DNA from: an uncultured Verrucomicrobiae bacterium
GTDB taxonomy: Bacteria; Verrucomicrobiota; Verrucomicrobiia; Chthoniobacterales; UBA10450
Reading direction: 5' to 3'
Assembly: GCA_963726745.1 (NCBI GenBank)
Contig: CAVSDR010000003.1
Location: 1-64,000 of the forward strand
DNA: 64,000 bases
The notes below the pieces were generated by a model. That model made no database searches. It was given only the letters and a program-made list of their open reading frames with translations, and was not told the DNA's origin. Each line of letters opens with the position of its first letter. The first letter of the stretch is position 1. A program made the translations under genes and the position numbers. This document shows, in pieces, positions 53,783 through 64,000 of the stretch.

Positions 53783-55076
53783 ATGAACACGACCATCGCC
53801 TCCCTCGGCCCGGCTACGGTGCGCTCGCCTCTCCTGCATGGGAGCGGCGCGCCGACGAAACTCCGCCACGACGCCGAGCGCGTCCTCTTTGACGACAAGC
53901 TCGGCGCAGCAGCCGACGCCGCCGGCGGCGAGCCCGCCAGCTTCGAGCTCGCCGGGCCGCGCGAGTCGCTCTTCTTCGACCCACCAAAGGTCACCGCCGG
54001 CATCGTCACCTGCGGCGGCATTTGCCCGGGATTAAACGACGTCATCCGCGGCCTCGTGCGCACCCTCGCCCTGCGCTACAGCACCACCCGCATCTACGGG
54101 TTTCGCTTCGGCTACGAGGGGCTCGTTCCACGCCTCGGGCACGTGCCCGTGATGCTTAAGCCGGACTCCGTCGACCCGATCCACATTTTCGGCGGAACCA
54201 TCCTCGGCACCTCGCGCGGACCGCAGAACACCTCCGAAATGGTGGACCTGCTCGAGGAAATGAAGATCGATATCCTTTTCGTCGTCGGCGGCGATGGCAC
54301 CCTCCGCGGCGCGGCCGAGCTCTGCGCGGAGATCCATCGCCGGGGCCTCCCGAAGAGCATCATCGGCATCCCGAAGACGATCGATAACGACATCATGTTC
54401 CTCGATAAAAGCTTCGGCTTCGAGACCGCTTTTGCCGAGGCCGTGAAGGTGCTCACCTGCGCGCACACCGAGGCGCTCGGGTGCGATCAATGGCGTCGGC
54501 CTGGTGAAATTGATGGGGCGCGACTCCGGCTTCATCGCCTCCTCGGCCGCGCTCGCCGCGAACGTGGCCAACTTCGTCCTCATCCCCGAGATCCCCTTCC
54601 GCCTCGAGGGCGATGGCGGCCTGCTCGAGATGTTGCGCTACCGGATCGCGCGCCGGAAACATGCGGTCATCGTCGTGGCCGAAGGCGCCGGGCAGGAATT
54701 GCTCCCGCCGAGCTACACCACCGACGCCTCCGGCAATCGGCGCCTCGGCGACATCGGCGTTTTTTTACGCGACGAAATCAACGCTTTCTTCCGCGAGCGC
54801 CGCACGGAAGTGAACGTGAAATACATCGACCCGAGCTACATCATCCGCAGCGTCCCCGCCTCCGCGCAGGACAACTTCTTCTGCTCGCGCCTGGCGCAGA
54901 ATGCCGTCCACGCCGCCATGGCCGGGAAGACCGGGATGGTCGTGGGCCAATGGCACGGCGCCTTCGTCCATCTCCCGCTCGAGCTGGTCACCCAGGGCCG
55001 CCGTCGGGTGAACCCCGAAGGCGAGCTTTGGCAATCGGTCCTCGAGCACACGGGGCAGCCGACTTACATGGGGTAG
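53783..55076 (+). CDS. pfkA: 6-phosphofructokinase (frameshift near 54480)
   Basis: [49 protein letters not shown]. Confidence 0.93.
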
Positions 55077-55186
55077 CGAGCGCGCAAAGAGCCGCGCGGC
55101 GGCCTCGCCTGAGCGCATTTCGGAAACGCCGGGGGTGATCCACAAAGCCCCGGCTTCGCCGGTCCAGCCGCGAAAGCTTTAGGAAG

Positions 55187-55542
55187 TGGAGGCGAGGGGA
55201 GTCGAACCCCTGTCCTCGAAGCCATCTGCGCAAGCTTCTACAGGTTTAGCCGGTGATTTATTTTTAAGGAGCCGAAGGCTGCGCCGGCACACTTCGTCTC
55301 CCGAGCCACCACGAAATTCCTTCACCGTCCGGCGCGGTCACTCCGCCGTCCGATTAGCCTGCTGTCCATGTTCCCGGCCGTAGCAGGCGTCCAACCGGGA
55401 ACATCGCAGTCAATTAAGCCGCGAGAGCGAGATCTTGGTGATCTGCGTTTATTTTTTTTGGTCCGGATTTTAACGAGGCCAACGAACCATCCTCGACCTG
55501 CCGCCTGCGTTTCAAACAACGAGTCGAAACCAGTGCGCCCCC
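55187..55542 (-). ncRNA. ssrA: tmRNA; tag reading frame ADHQDLALAA
   Basis: 5' GGGGGCGCACTGGTTTCGAC; 3' GGTTCGACTCCCCTCGCCTCCA; internal GCAGATCACCAAGATCTCGCTCTCGCGGCTTAA. Confidence 0.95.
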
Positions 55543-55646
55543 TTCAACGCCGCCAGCATACCGCAGCGCGTCGCGCGCTTCAACCTCGCGCTTACCGCAG
55601 AGAATCTCCTTGCGTCCCCTCCCCGTGCGCGTCACGGATTCATCTC

Positions 55647-56459
55647 ATGCCGCTGCGCCTCAATGTCAGCAGTCGCGCCTCCAAGCTGAGCGGCGGCGAT
55701 GCCCTCTGCATCTCGATCCCGAATAGCGGGCGGACTTGGATTCGCACCTTTCTCGCGGCCTATTATTGCGCGCGCTTTGGCCACGAGTTTTCGCTCGCGC
55801 CGGAGAGCTACGGCGACGCCCGCATCCCGCGCGTGATCTACACGCACGATCTCTACGAGCATCATACCAAGGGCCGGGCCTACGATCGTCTCCGGAGTAA
55901 ATATCTCGTCCCGCGCGCGGAGATTACGCGCGCCGCGATCCTTCTGCTGGCGCGCGATCCGCGCGACGCCTTTGTCTCGCATTCGCTCGAATTGCGCCGC
56001 CGCACCGCGGAAACTGCCGGCGAATTGAAAGACCGCAGCATCGGCGAAATCCTGCGCGATCCGATCCACGGGATCGACCTGATGGTGGAGACGATGAACG
56101 CCTGGCTGCGGGAGTTTAGCCAGCGCGCTGATTGCCTCCTGGTCCGCTACGAAGACCTGCACGCCGCGCCGGAGAAAGAGTTCCGCGCGATCCTTGCGCT
56201 CCTCGGCGAGGCCGCGCCGAACGAGGAAAAGTTCGCGCATGCGCTCGGGTTCTCGCAGTTCGGGAACATGAAAAAGATGGAAGCCTCGCGGCAATACGAT
56301 CCGCAACTCCTGCAACCCGGGGACGTGAACGACCCCGAGTCCTACAAGGTCCGCCGCGGCAAGGTCGCCGGCTATCGCGATTACCTCCAGGGCGAAGACC
56401 TGGCCTACGCGGACGCCGCGGTTGCGCGGCTCGACCCGCGCTTCGGCTACGCGGCCTAA
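55647..56459 (+). CDS. Sulfotransferase-domain protein
   Basis: PNSGRTW, RDPRDAFVS, RYEDL, KVRRGKV. Confidence 0.85.
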   Translation: MPLRLNVSSRASKLSGGDALCISIPNSGRTWIRTFLAAYYCARFGHEFSLAPESYGDARIPRVIYTHDLYEHHTKGRAYDRLRSKYLVPRAEITRAAILLLARDPRDAFVSHSLELRRRTAETAGELKDRSIGEILRDPIHGIDLMVETMNAWLREFSQRADCLLVRYEDLHAAPEKEFRAILALLGEAAPNEEKFAHALGFSQFGNMKKMEASRQYDPQLLQPGDVNDPESYKVRRGKVAGYRDYLQGEDLAYADAAVARLDPRFGYAA

Positions 56460-56465
56460 CGAGCG

Positions 56466-58298
56466 ATGTGCGGCATCGCCGGCTACGCCAGCCCGGAAAA
56501 GCGCACGCCGCTGCTGCGCGCGCTCTGCGACGGCCTGCGTCATCGTGGGCCAGATGATGCCGGCTATTTCGAGGCGCCCGGGATTGGCCTGGGGATGCGG
56601 CGGCTGAGCATCGTCGATCTCTCCGGCGGCCACCAGCCGATGGCGAACGAGGACGGCAGCGTGGTGGTGGTTTTTAACGGCGAGATCTACAACTACGTCG
56701 AGCTGCGCGCCGGGCTGGTCGAGCGGGGCCATCGCCTAACGACTCATTCGGACACGGAAACGCTGGTCCATCTTTACGAAGAACACGGCCTCGAGATGCT
56801 CAATTTCCTGCGCGGGATGTTTGCCTTCGCGCTCTGGGATGCACGGAAGGGTCGACTCTTCCTGGCGCGCGATCGGCTCGGGAAAAAGCCATTGAATTAC
56901 TTCCTCAGCGGCTCCGGGATCGTCTTCTCCTCCGAGCTCGCGCCGCTCCTCGACCAGCGCCTGGCCGCATGGGAAATCGACCCCGCGGCGCTCGCGGCTT
57001 ACCTGCAATTTGGCTACATCTCCGCGCCGCGCACGATCGTGCGACAGCTGCACAAACTCCCGCCCGCGCATTACCTCACCTGGCAAAATGGCGCGGTCGA
57101 AGTGCAGCGCTACTGGGCCTTCACGCAGAAGCCGAAGACGCGGCGCACGCACCAGGAAGCGCTCGTGGAAGTGCGCGAGAAGCTCGACGAAAGCATTCGC
57201 CTGCGCTTGCGCAGCGATGTTCCGCTCGGCCTGCTCCTGAGCGGCGGGCTCGACTCGAATGCGATCCTCGCGCGCCTCGTCCGCGGGATCGGTCACAAGG
57301 TCCAGGCTTTCACGGTGGGCTTCGCGGAAAAGGAATACGACGAGACCGCGATCGCGCGCCTTTCCGCGGAGCACTTCGGCGTGGAGCACCATGTCCTGCG
57401 GGGCGACCCCAACCTGCTCGGGCTCCTCCCGGAAGCGGTGCGGCATTACGGCGAGCCGAACGCCGACAAGTCGATTTTGCCGACGCTGCTCGTCTGCGGC
57501 CTCACCCGGCAGCACGTGAAAGTCGCGCTGAGCGGCGATGGCGGCGACGAGGCTTTCGCCGGCTACACGAAGCATCGATTGCAACCCTGGCAGGTGAAGT
57601 TGTCGGCTCTTTTGCCGGCCACTTGGAAGGAGCGCTGGACGCTCGCCTCGATGCTTGGGGGCAGCAAAGCCGGGGGCAAATTGCGCCGCCGCCTCCTCGC
57701 GGAAACGCCGAGCCTCTTCTCCGGCGAAATGTTTTCCGGCGAGCACTTCGCGGCCCTGGCGACGGATCATTTGCGCGCCGAAAGCGATAATTTCCTGCGC
57801 GGCTGGGTGGCCCACTTCTGGGAGGACGAGCTCGAGCCGCTCGAGCGCATCCTCCGCTGGGACAACACCGATCCGCTGCCAAATTCCCTGCTGACGAAAC
57901 TGGACATCGCGAGCATGGCTCGCAGCCTTGAGGTGCGTTCGCCCTTCCTCGACCACGAGCTGGTTGAGCTCTGCGCGCGTTTGCCTAACGAGTGGAAAGG
58001 CAATGCCCAGCAGGGCAAGCTCCTCCTGCGCGAGATCGTCGCGCCGGATCTGCCGCCGGAAGTGCTCCAGGCGCGGAAGCGCGGCTTCTCCGTGCCGCTG
58101 GCGCAGTGGTGGCGCGAAGGGGCACGCGGGCAAATCCGTGACGGACTACAGCCGTTGCATCCCGCGCTCCAGCCTTTCCTCTGCGAAAAGGCGATCGCGC
58201 GACTGCTGGAGGAACATCAATCCGGCCGAGCGAATCACGCACAGCGCCTCTGGAATCTTTGGGTCTTGAACGAATGGGCGCGGCAATTTCTGCCATGA
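56466..58298 (+). CDS. asnB: Asparagine synthase-like amidotransferase
   Basis: MCGIAG, HRGPD, NGEIYN, SGGLDS, LSGDGGDE, EVRSPFLD. Confidence 0.93.
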   Translation: MCGIAGYASPEKRTPLLRALCDGLRHRGPDDAGYFEAPGIGLGMRRLSIVDLSGGHQPMANEDGSVVVVFNGEIYNYVELRAGLVERGHRLTTHSDTETLVHLYEEHGLEMLNFLRGMFAFALWDARKGRLFLARDRLGKKPLNYFLSGSGIVFSSELAPLLDQRLAAWEIDPAALAAYLQFGYISAPRTIVRQLHKLPPAHYLTWQNGAVEVQRYWAFTQKPKTRRTHQEALVEVREKLDESIRLRLRSDVPLGLLLSGGLDSNAILARLVRGIGHKVQAFTVGFAEKEYDETAIARLSAEHFGVEHHVLRGDPNLLGLLPEAVRHYGEPNADKSILPTLLVCGLTRQHVKVALSGDGGDEAFAGYTKHRLQPWQVKLSALLPATWKERWTLASMLGGSKAGGKLRRRLLAETPSLFSGEMFSGEHFAALATDHLRAESDNFLRGWVAHFWEDELEPLERILRWDNTDPLPNSLLTKLDIASMARSLEVRSPFLDHELVELCARLPNEWKGNAQQGKLLLREIVAPDLPPEVLQARKRGFSVPLAQWWREGARGQIRDGLQPLHPALQPFLCEKAIARLLEEHQSGRANHAQRLWNLWVLNEWARQFLP

Positions 58299-59075
58299 AC
58301 GACGCCTCCATCGCCATCGTGGTTTCGAGTTGCGACGCCTTCTTCGATTGCTGGCGGCCGTTCGCATTTTTCTGGCGCAAATATTGGCCGGAGTGCCCGT
58401 TCCCCGTGCACCTGATCACGAATGAGCTGGAGGTGCGCTCGTCGTCGATCCGCGCCCTCCGCGTGGGCCCGGATCGCGGCTGGGCCTCGAACATGATCCG
58501 CGCCCTCGAGCAACTCGAGACCTCGCACGTGCTCTACCTGCAGGAGGATTATTTCCTCGAGGCGCCGGTGCGCGCGGAGATGCTCGCGCAGGATTTAGCC
58601 GACGCCTTGGCCCAGGAAGCGGACGCGTTTTGCTTCCGCGCGCGCTCGGAACTCGAGCCAGACTTTGAGCATTTGAACGACCGCTTTGGTGTGGTTCCCG
58701 TGAACTCCGACGGCCGCACGCGTTGTCAGACGACCCTTTGGAAGCGCGCGTCGTTGCTCGCGGTTTTGCGCGAAGGCGAGGACGCCTGGGAAATGGAGGC
58801 GCAAGGGAGCGCGCGCACCCGCGAGCTGCGGATCCTTTCGTATAGCCAGCGCGCAAACGTCCCCCTGCCCTACCTGATGTCGGCGATCGTGCGCGGACTC
58901 TGGACGCCGGAGGCGCTGGCGATGTGCGCCGCCGCAGGCTGCGAAATCCGGCCGCATTTTCGCGGGACTTACTCGCGCGAACAAACTTTGGCAGCGCTTT
59001 CAGCGCGCGCTTACGCGGCGGCGCCTGCCGGGCGCACGGGCGACGCAAGCCGGGGCGCCGGTGGCGCTGGACTGA
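58295..59075 (+). CDS. Putative glycosyltransferase-like protein (3' frameshift)
   Basis: IVVSSCDAFFDCW, YLQEDYFL, AWEME; ATGA overlap with asnB. Confidence 0.6.
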
Positions 59076-60736
59076 GCACCCGCGCGGCGCGCCGGAGGAC
59101 GCGCGCGCCCGTTTCCGCGAGAAACAAAATCCCCATGCCGACTGCGAGCAAGGCGAAGGCGTATTGCGCTTCGCTGTAGCGCTCGATGTGCATCGAGTGG
59201 AGCACAGAGGTCCCGAGGGTGTTGCCGAAGTTGTAGCCGAAAACGAGCAGTGTGGCCCCGGCCAGCGGCCAGAGCGCCTTCCGCCACGTGCGCCGCAGGA
59301 GAATGCCTAACGAGACCAAAACCGTGCCCAAAAGCACTGGTAAATAAAGAAGGGCGAGGCACCATTTCGCCACGCGCACCAAAAGGCTTTGCGGAATCAC
59401 GGCCTTGGTTTTCGCGAGCCGGGGAAGCTCCGCGAGGTAGCGCGCAAAGATCGGCGCGCGCGCTTCTTCCGTGGTCGCGCGGGTGAGATTCTCCGCGCTG
59501 CCAGCGTAGAAACGATCGAGGTCGAGCGTGCTGCGCCGGCCGAAGCTGGGGTTGCCGCTCCAGCGATAGAAGAGGCCCAGCTGCGTGGCCACCTTGTGCG
59601 CCATTGCGCCGGGCTGCCGGCGGACCGTGCGCCAATAGTAGTGCCGGTAAAAGGCCAGGAGCTGCTCGTGGTCGCCCGCGAAGAAACGCTCCGGCCACGC
59701 CGCGATCCCCGGCGAGTGATAGAAGAGGTAATCGGGATCGAAGCCGAAGCTCTCGTATTGCCGGCTATTTTCCCAGGACTTCACCAGCTCCACGTGCAAA
59801 CTCGCGGCCACTTCCCCGAGCCAGCCGCAGGCATAGGGCGCGCACTCGCCGTGCGCCACATCCGCGTCCATCTGCCGCGCGATCAGGTTCGCATGGATCG
59901 TGAACAAACTCTCCGCGAGGAAGGAGGGCGCACCGGGATCGGATCGGGCCAGCCGGCTTTCGGTCAGGAACAAGGCCGTTGCTACCAGGAGCCCCGCGCC
60001 CAGCACGGCGGCGCGGCGCGACCAGAGTTCCCGCCGAGCGCACAGCGCGAGCAACACCGGCACGACGCTGAACCAAACGGTGAGCGCAAAACTGGTCTTG
60101 AGCGTGGCCAGGAGCGCGGAGTTCACCAGGACCGCGCCCGCCGATCCAGGCCGCACGATTCGACGGCGCCTGCCGAAAGCGCAGGCGAAAAAACCGCAGC
60201 GTGAGCCAGATATTGAGCAATGCAAAAAAAGGCGTGATCGCTTCCGGCCGGAGGTCGAGCTCGTAGTGCAGCGGCCGGCTCGAGTGGAGGTAGATCGCAG
60301 CCAGGCCGAGGAAGAAAAACCGGCTCGCGAGCCGCGGCAGGCCACGCAGGAGCGGCTCGAGTTCTCGCCCCGCCGCGAGCAGGAGCGCGCCCGTGCCCAG
60401 CCCGAGCGCATGCTGCAGCGCGCCAATCCCGGCGAAACTCTTCGTTAGGCCAAGAACCAGGAGAAGGAACCCCGGATAGAGAAAATTCCGCCCGTACGTA
60501 TGGGTAAACGAGCCCCCCGCCAGCTTCGCAATCGCCGGGTGGAGATAGCCCCAGCTATCGCGATCGGCCAGCGGCCAAAGCGGCAGGCCGAAACGCGTCG
60601 TCGCCGCCGAGAGAAACACCAGCGCGAGGAGCGCGAAGTAGCAGAGCGTTCCCGCGAGACGCAGCCCACGAAGGACGGCCGGCGACGGCTGGAGCCGGGC
60701 CCAGAGATTGTCGGCTAAATTTCCCAGCGTCCCCAT
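59011..60736 (-). CDS. Polytopic membrane protein, possibly GT-C-like (frameshift near 60145)
   Basis: Many TM segments; DRDSWGYL, RNFLYPGFL, LRPEAI. Confidence 0.6.
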
Positions 60737-60757
60737 TTGACCCGGGGAAGCATGGCC

Positions 60758-61636
60758 CTAGCGCAACGGTCGCGCCACGAGGATTCCGGTGTGACTGCCG
60801 AAGCGGTTCAAGTAAGTCGAGAGGCTCGAATCCACCACCACCTTGCCGAAATTCCGCGGCGCGGAAGCGTGCATGAAGTGGAGCACGCCATCGCTGGTGC
60901 GATACGCCAGGCCCACGTGCGAAGTGCCGAAGAGCCGGCCGTCGCGCGAGACAATCCCGATGATGTCGCCGCTGCGCAGCTTCCCCTCGATCGCGGCCAC
61001 GCGGCTTTTTGGGATCTGGTAAAGCCGGTGGCTGGAGACCCGCGCCTCCATTTGCGCCAGCGGACGCATGAGCGAGCGATTCGCGCGCAGGTAGCGGTAG
61101 CCGCGCCAGCCACGCGTCATCTCCTGAGCGGCGTGCGGCACGCTCACGCCGCCAAGTTGCCGGGTCAGATCCTCCACCAGGCCGCGGCGGTCGTTATCCG
61201 CCAGCCAATCCTCGAGGTAATGCAGGCGCGAAAGATACTCGCCGGTGCACTCGCCGCCGCGGTAGCGATCGAGCTCAATGAAATGGAGCAAGCGCTGCGG
61301 CGTCCAGTTCTCCTCCGGCTCGGCCAGCATCCGGGCGAAGGCGAGCGAGATCTCAAAGAAGGTCCAGCAATCCTGGCCATCGAAATTCACCGAGGGGGCC
61401 TCGATGCGGTCGTCGATCTCGAGGGTGAAACCTTTGTAGCGCGTCCCGACCATCGCGTGGCCGACGGCGGCGGTGCGCTCGCCGATCGGGAGCGCGCTCC
61501 AGTTCTCCGCGCGCGCTTCCTTGACCAGGCGGTCGAATTTATCGCGTCCCTTGAAGACGGTCGAAAACGGAAGCGCGGCGGCGGGGAGATCCGCAGCAAG
61601 CAAAAGGAGGCAGAGCGAAAAAAAGAGACGGCGCAT
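60758..61636 (-). CDS. DUF1460 N-acetylmuramoyl-L-alanine amidase-like (NlpC/P60 superfamily)
   Basis: Signal peptide; DCWTFFE, RLHYLEDW, SHVG, HAS. Confidence 0.88.
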   Translation of the reverse strand: MRRLFFSLCLLLLAADLPAAALPFSTVFKGRDKFDRLVKEARAENWSALPIGERTAAVGHAMVGTRYKGFTLEIDDRIEAPSVNFDGQDCWTFFEISLAFARMLAEPEENWTPQRLLHFIELDRYRGGECTGEYLSRLHYLEDWLADNDRRGLVEDLTRQLGGVSVPHAAQEMTRGWRGYRYLRANRSLMRPLAQMEARVSSHRLYQIPKSRVAAIEGKLRSGDIIGIVSRDGRLFGTSHVGLAYRTSDGVLHFMHASAPRNFGKVVVDSSLSTYLNRFGSHTGILVARPLR

Positions 61637-61751
61637 TGGTGGAGACACTTCGGTGAAACCTCCAGCGGTGCAAGAAGCAGGCCAGCGTGCGGTGGGTTTT
61701 TGCTCGCTTTTTAGCCGGCAACCTCGGCATCCTCCGCCCGCTCCCATCCCC

Positions 61752-62112
61752 ATGATCACCGGCGCCCACGCGATTATTTACAGCCAGAACGCCGAGGCCG
61801 ACCGCGCCTGCCTGCGCGACGTCTTCGAGCTTTCGCACGTGGATGCGGGCGACGGCTGGCTCATCTTCGGCCTGCCCCCTTCGGAAGTGGCGGTCGCATC
61901 CCGGCGAGGAAAACAGCCGGCACGATCTCTATTTTCTCTGCGACGATGTAGAGGCCTTCCGCGCCGAGGCTGGGAAGCGCGGGCTCACCTGCGAACCGGC
62001 CCAGGACATGGGCTGGGGCGTGCTCACCCATGCGACCCTTCCCGGCGGCGGAAAGATCGGCATCTACCAGCCGCGCCATGCGCGCCCGGCACCGAGGCCG
62101 GCCGCTCGTTAG
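61752..62112 (+). CDS. Glyoxalase/VOC family protein (frameshift near 61900)
   Basis: MITGAHAIIYS...VDAGDGWLIF; LYFLCDDV, GWG, LPGGGKIGIYQPRH. Confidence 0.85.
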
Positions 62113-62151
62113 GCGCATTGCCGGGAGCCCGCGGCGCGGGTAGCTTGCCCG

Positions 62152-63327
62152 GTGGAAGACTTGTTCCAGGTGGAGGAAGAGGTGAAGGCGGTGAAACCGG
62201 CCACGGCCGCGTCCCCCCTGGCCGCGCGCATGCGGCCGCGCTCGCTCGAGGAATACGTGGGCCAGCAGCACATCCTCGCGCCAGGGAAATTGCTCCGGCG
62301 CGCGATCGAGGCGGACCGGTTGCCGTCGGTGATTCTTTCCGGCCCGCCGGGCACGGGCAAGACCACGCTGGCGCAAATCATCGCGGGGATGACCGGGGCA
62401 AAATTCGAGCGCTTGAGCGGCGTGGAAAGCAACGTCGCGGAGATGCGCAAGGTGGTGGCCGCGGCCGCAAACCGCATCCGCACTTCCGGGCAAAAGACGA
62501 TCCTTTTCGTCGACGAGATTCACCACTTCAACAAAGCGCAGCAGGACATCTTGCTGCCTGATGTGGAGAGCGGAAACCTGCGGCTGATCGGCGCCACGAC
62601 CTACAATCCGTTCTTCTACGTGAACAGCGCGCTGGTCTCGCGCTCGCAGGTTTTCCAGCTCGAGTCCTTGAAGGTCGAGGAGCTCGAAGACCTGATCGAC
62701 CGCGCGCTCGCGGACACCGAACGCGGCCTCGGCCAGCACAAAGTGCGGATGGACGCCGGGGCGAAGCGCCATCTCGCAAAGCTGAGCGACGGCGACGCGC
62801 GGAAATGTCTGAACGCACTCGAAATCGGCGTGCTCACGACCGCGCCAGACGAGCGCGGCGTGATTCATTTCACGCTCGAAGTCGCAGAGGAAACCATCCA
62901 GCACAAGGCGATCGTCTACGATCGCGCGGGCGACGCGCATTACGACACGATCAGCGCCTTCATCAAGAGCATGCGCGCCTCCGACGAGAAGGGCGCGATC
63001 TATTGGCTCGCGAAAATGCTGCATGCCGGCGAAGACGCGCGCTTCATCGCGCGCCGCATCGTCATCTTCGCCAGCGAAGACGTGGGCCTGGCGGATTCGC
63101 GCGCGCTCCTCGTGGCCGTGGCCGCGCAGCAGGCGGTCGAGTTTGTCGGCCTGCCGGAAGGCCGAATCACCCTGGCCCACGCGGTCTGCTACATGTGCCG
63201 GGCGAAGAAAAGCCGCGAATCCTACGACTCGTTAGGCAGCGCTTTGGAAGAAGTCGAGACCGAGCACACCCAGCGCGTCCCCGAGCGCTTGAAGAACAAG
63301 CACTTCCCGGTCAACCCGGAGAAATAG
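62152..63327 (+). CDS. rarA: Replication-associated recombination protein A
   Basis: PLAARMRP, GPPGTGKT, DEIHHFNKAQQD, HYDTISAFIKS, SEDVGLAD. Confidence 0.93.
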   Translation: MEDLFQVEEEVKAVKPATAASPLAARMRPRSLEEYVGQQHILAPGKLLRRAIEADRLPSVILSGPPGTGKTTLAQIIAGMTGAKFERLSGVESNVAEMRKVVAAAANRIRTSGQKTILFVDEIHHFNKAQQDILLPDVESGNLRLIGATTYNPFFYVNSALVSRSQVFQLESLKVEELEDLIDRALADTERGLGQHKVRMDAGAKRHLAKLSDGDARKCLNALEIGVLTTAPDERGVIHFTLEVAEETIQHKAIVYDRAGDAHYDTISAFIKSMRASDEKGAIYWLAKMLHAGEDARFIARRIVIFASEDVGLADSRALLVAVAAQQAVEFVGLPEGRITLAHAVCYMCRAKKSRESYDSLGSALEEVETEHTQRVPERLKNKHFPVNPEK

Positions 63328-63347
63328 CCGACACCCTGAAGGGCGGC

Positions 63348-64000
63348 TTAATCGGCCAGCCGCACGAGTTGGAAGAACAAATCATCGCCGCGGTCGAGGC
63401 GCTGTCTGTTTTCGTAATCGGCGGTGCCGTGGACATACTTGAACAGGCTCGAGGGGACGGTGAATTGATAGCTGCGATCATCCACGTGGACGAGGACCAC
63501 GCCGCTTTCGCGGCCCTCATCGGAGCCGCCATGGCCCAGGCGAAAGGTATCGATCCGGTCGAGCCGTCCTCGTTTCCGGAAAGCGACGCGCCTTCCTTCC
63601 GCCTGGCCGCGGAATTGAATGCCGGTGACGGGATGCTCCGCGTTCCACGACACGCTGAAGGAATTATCGTGCAGGGTGACTTCGGCGGCCGGGCGAAAGG
63701 GATTGGCCATCCGCACTTCGAGGCTTTGTTCTTTCTGCATCTCGCCCAGCGGGTAATCGACATGAGAGCCAGGGCACGAGCCGGTCTTGCGCGGGAAGGT
63801 TTTGCATCGCGGGAGCAAGCTGCGGCGCGGCGCGGTCCGGTTCGGCCGGGGGCCACGGCTGCGCGGGATCGCGGGTGAAGCCGTAGGGCAGCTCGAACCA
63901 GAAGGTCTGGCCGGCCAGCCGCCATTCGATCCAGGCCTCGTCGTAGGCGTTGCGGGTCCACGGGAAGAAGTAGATGCGCGAGCGCGTCATGCTCGTCTGG
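63348..64000 (-). CDS. Hypothetical protein, partial and frameshifted
   Basis: Overlapping minus-strand ORFs 63664-63990 and 63348-63818 have protein-like composition. Confidence 0.4.

Noticed and set aside
55076..55200. Prophage or island integrated at the ssrA 3' end
   Set aside because: pfkA ends about 110 bp away, and I saw no att duplication or integrase.

Overview
This is a GC-rich (about 65%, estimated by eye) bacterial chromosomal window. Gene content suggests Verrucomicrobiota, probably Chthoniobacterales (inference). Many single-base frameshifts, including in housekeeping genes, look like long-read assembly errors. Bases 1-22.5 kb are an accessory cell-surface region: exopolysaccharide genes, an exosortase-EpsI fusion, four PEP-CTERM proteins, two TPR-like paralogues, three nucleotidyltransferase/small-partner modules plus a likely fourth remnant, and many short repeat elements. 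Bases 22.5-64 kb are mostly core genes (amn, icd, pgi, NtrC-type regulator, glnD, bactofilins, tRNA-Ile2, treZ, treS, crcB, ECF sigma, clpS, ybeY, panE, ndh, rpmI, SRP RNA, ABC exporter, recQ, pfkA, tmRNA, asnB, rarA). The strongest unexplained signal is a dispersed non-palindromic DNA motif, CCTAACGA (extended GCTGCCTAACGAG). I counted 29 copies by eye on both strands. It sits inside core genes using rare codons, often supplies stop codons, and is almost absent from the accessory region, much like a DNA-uptake sequence. A second related motif, GGCTAAWW, is also enriched.
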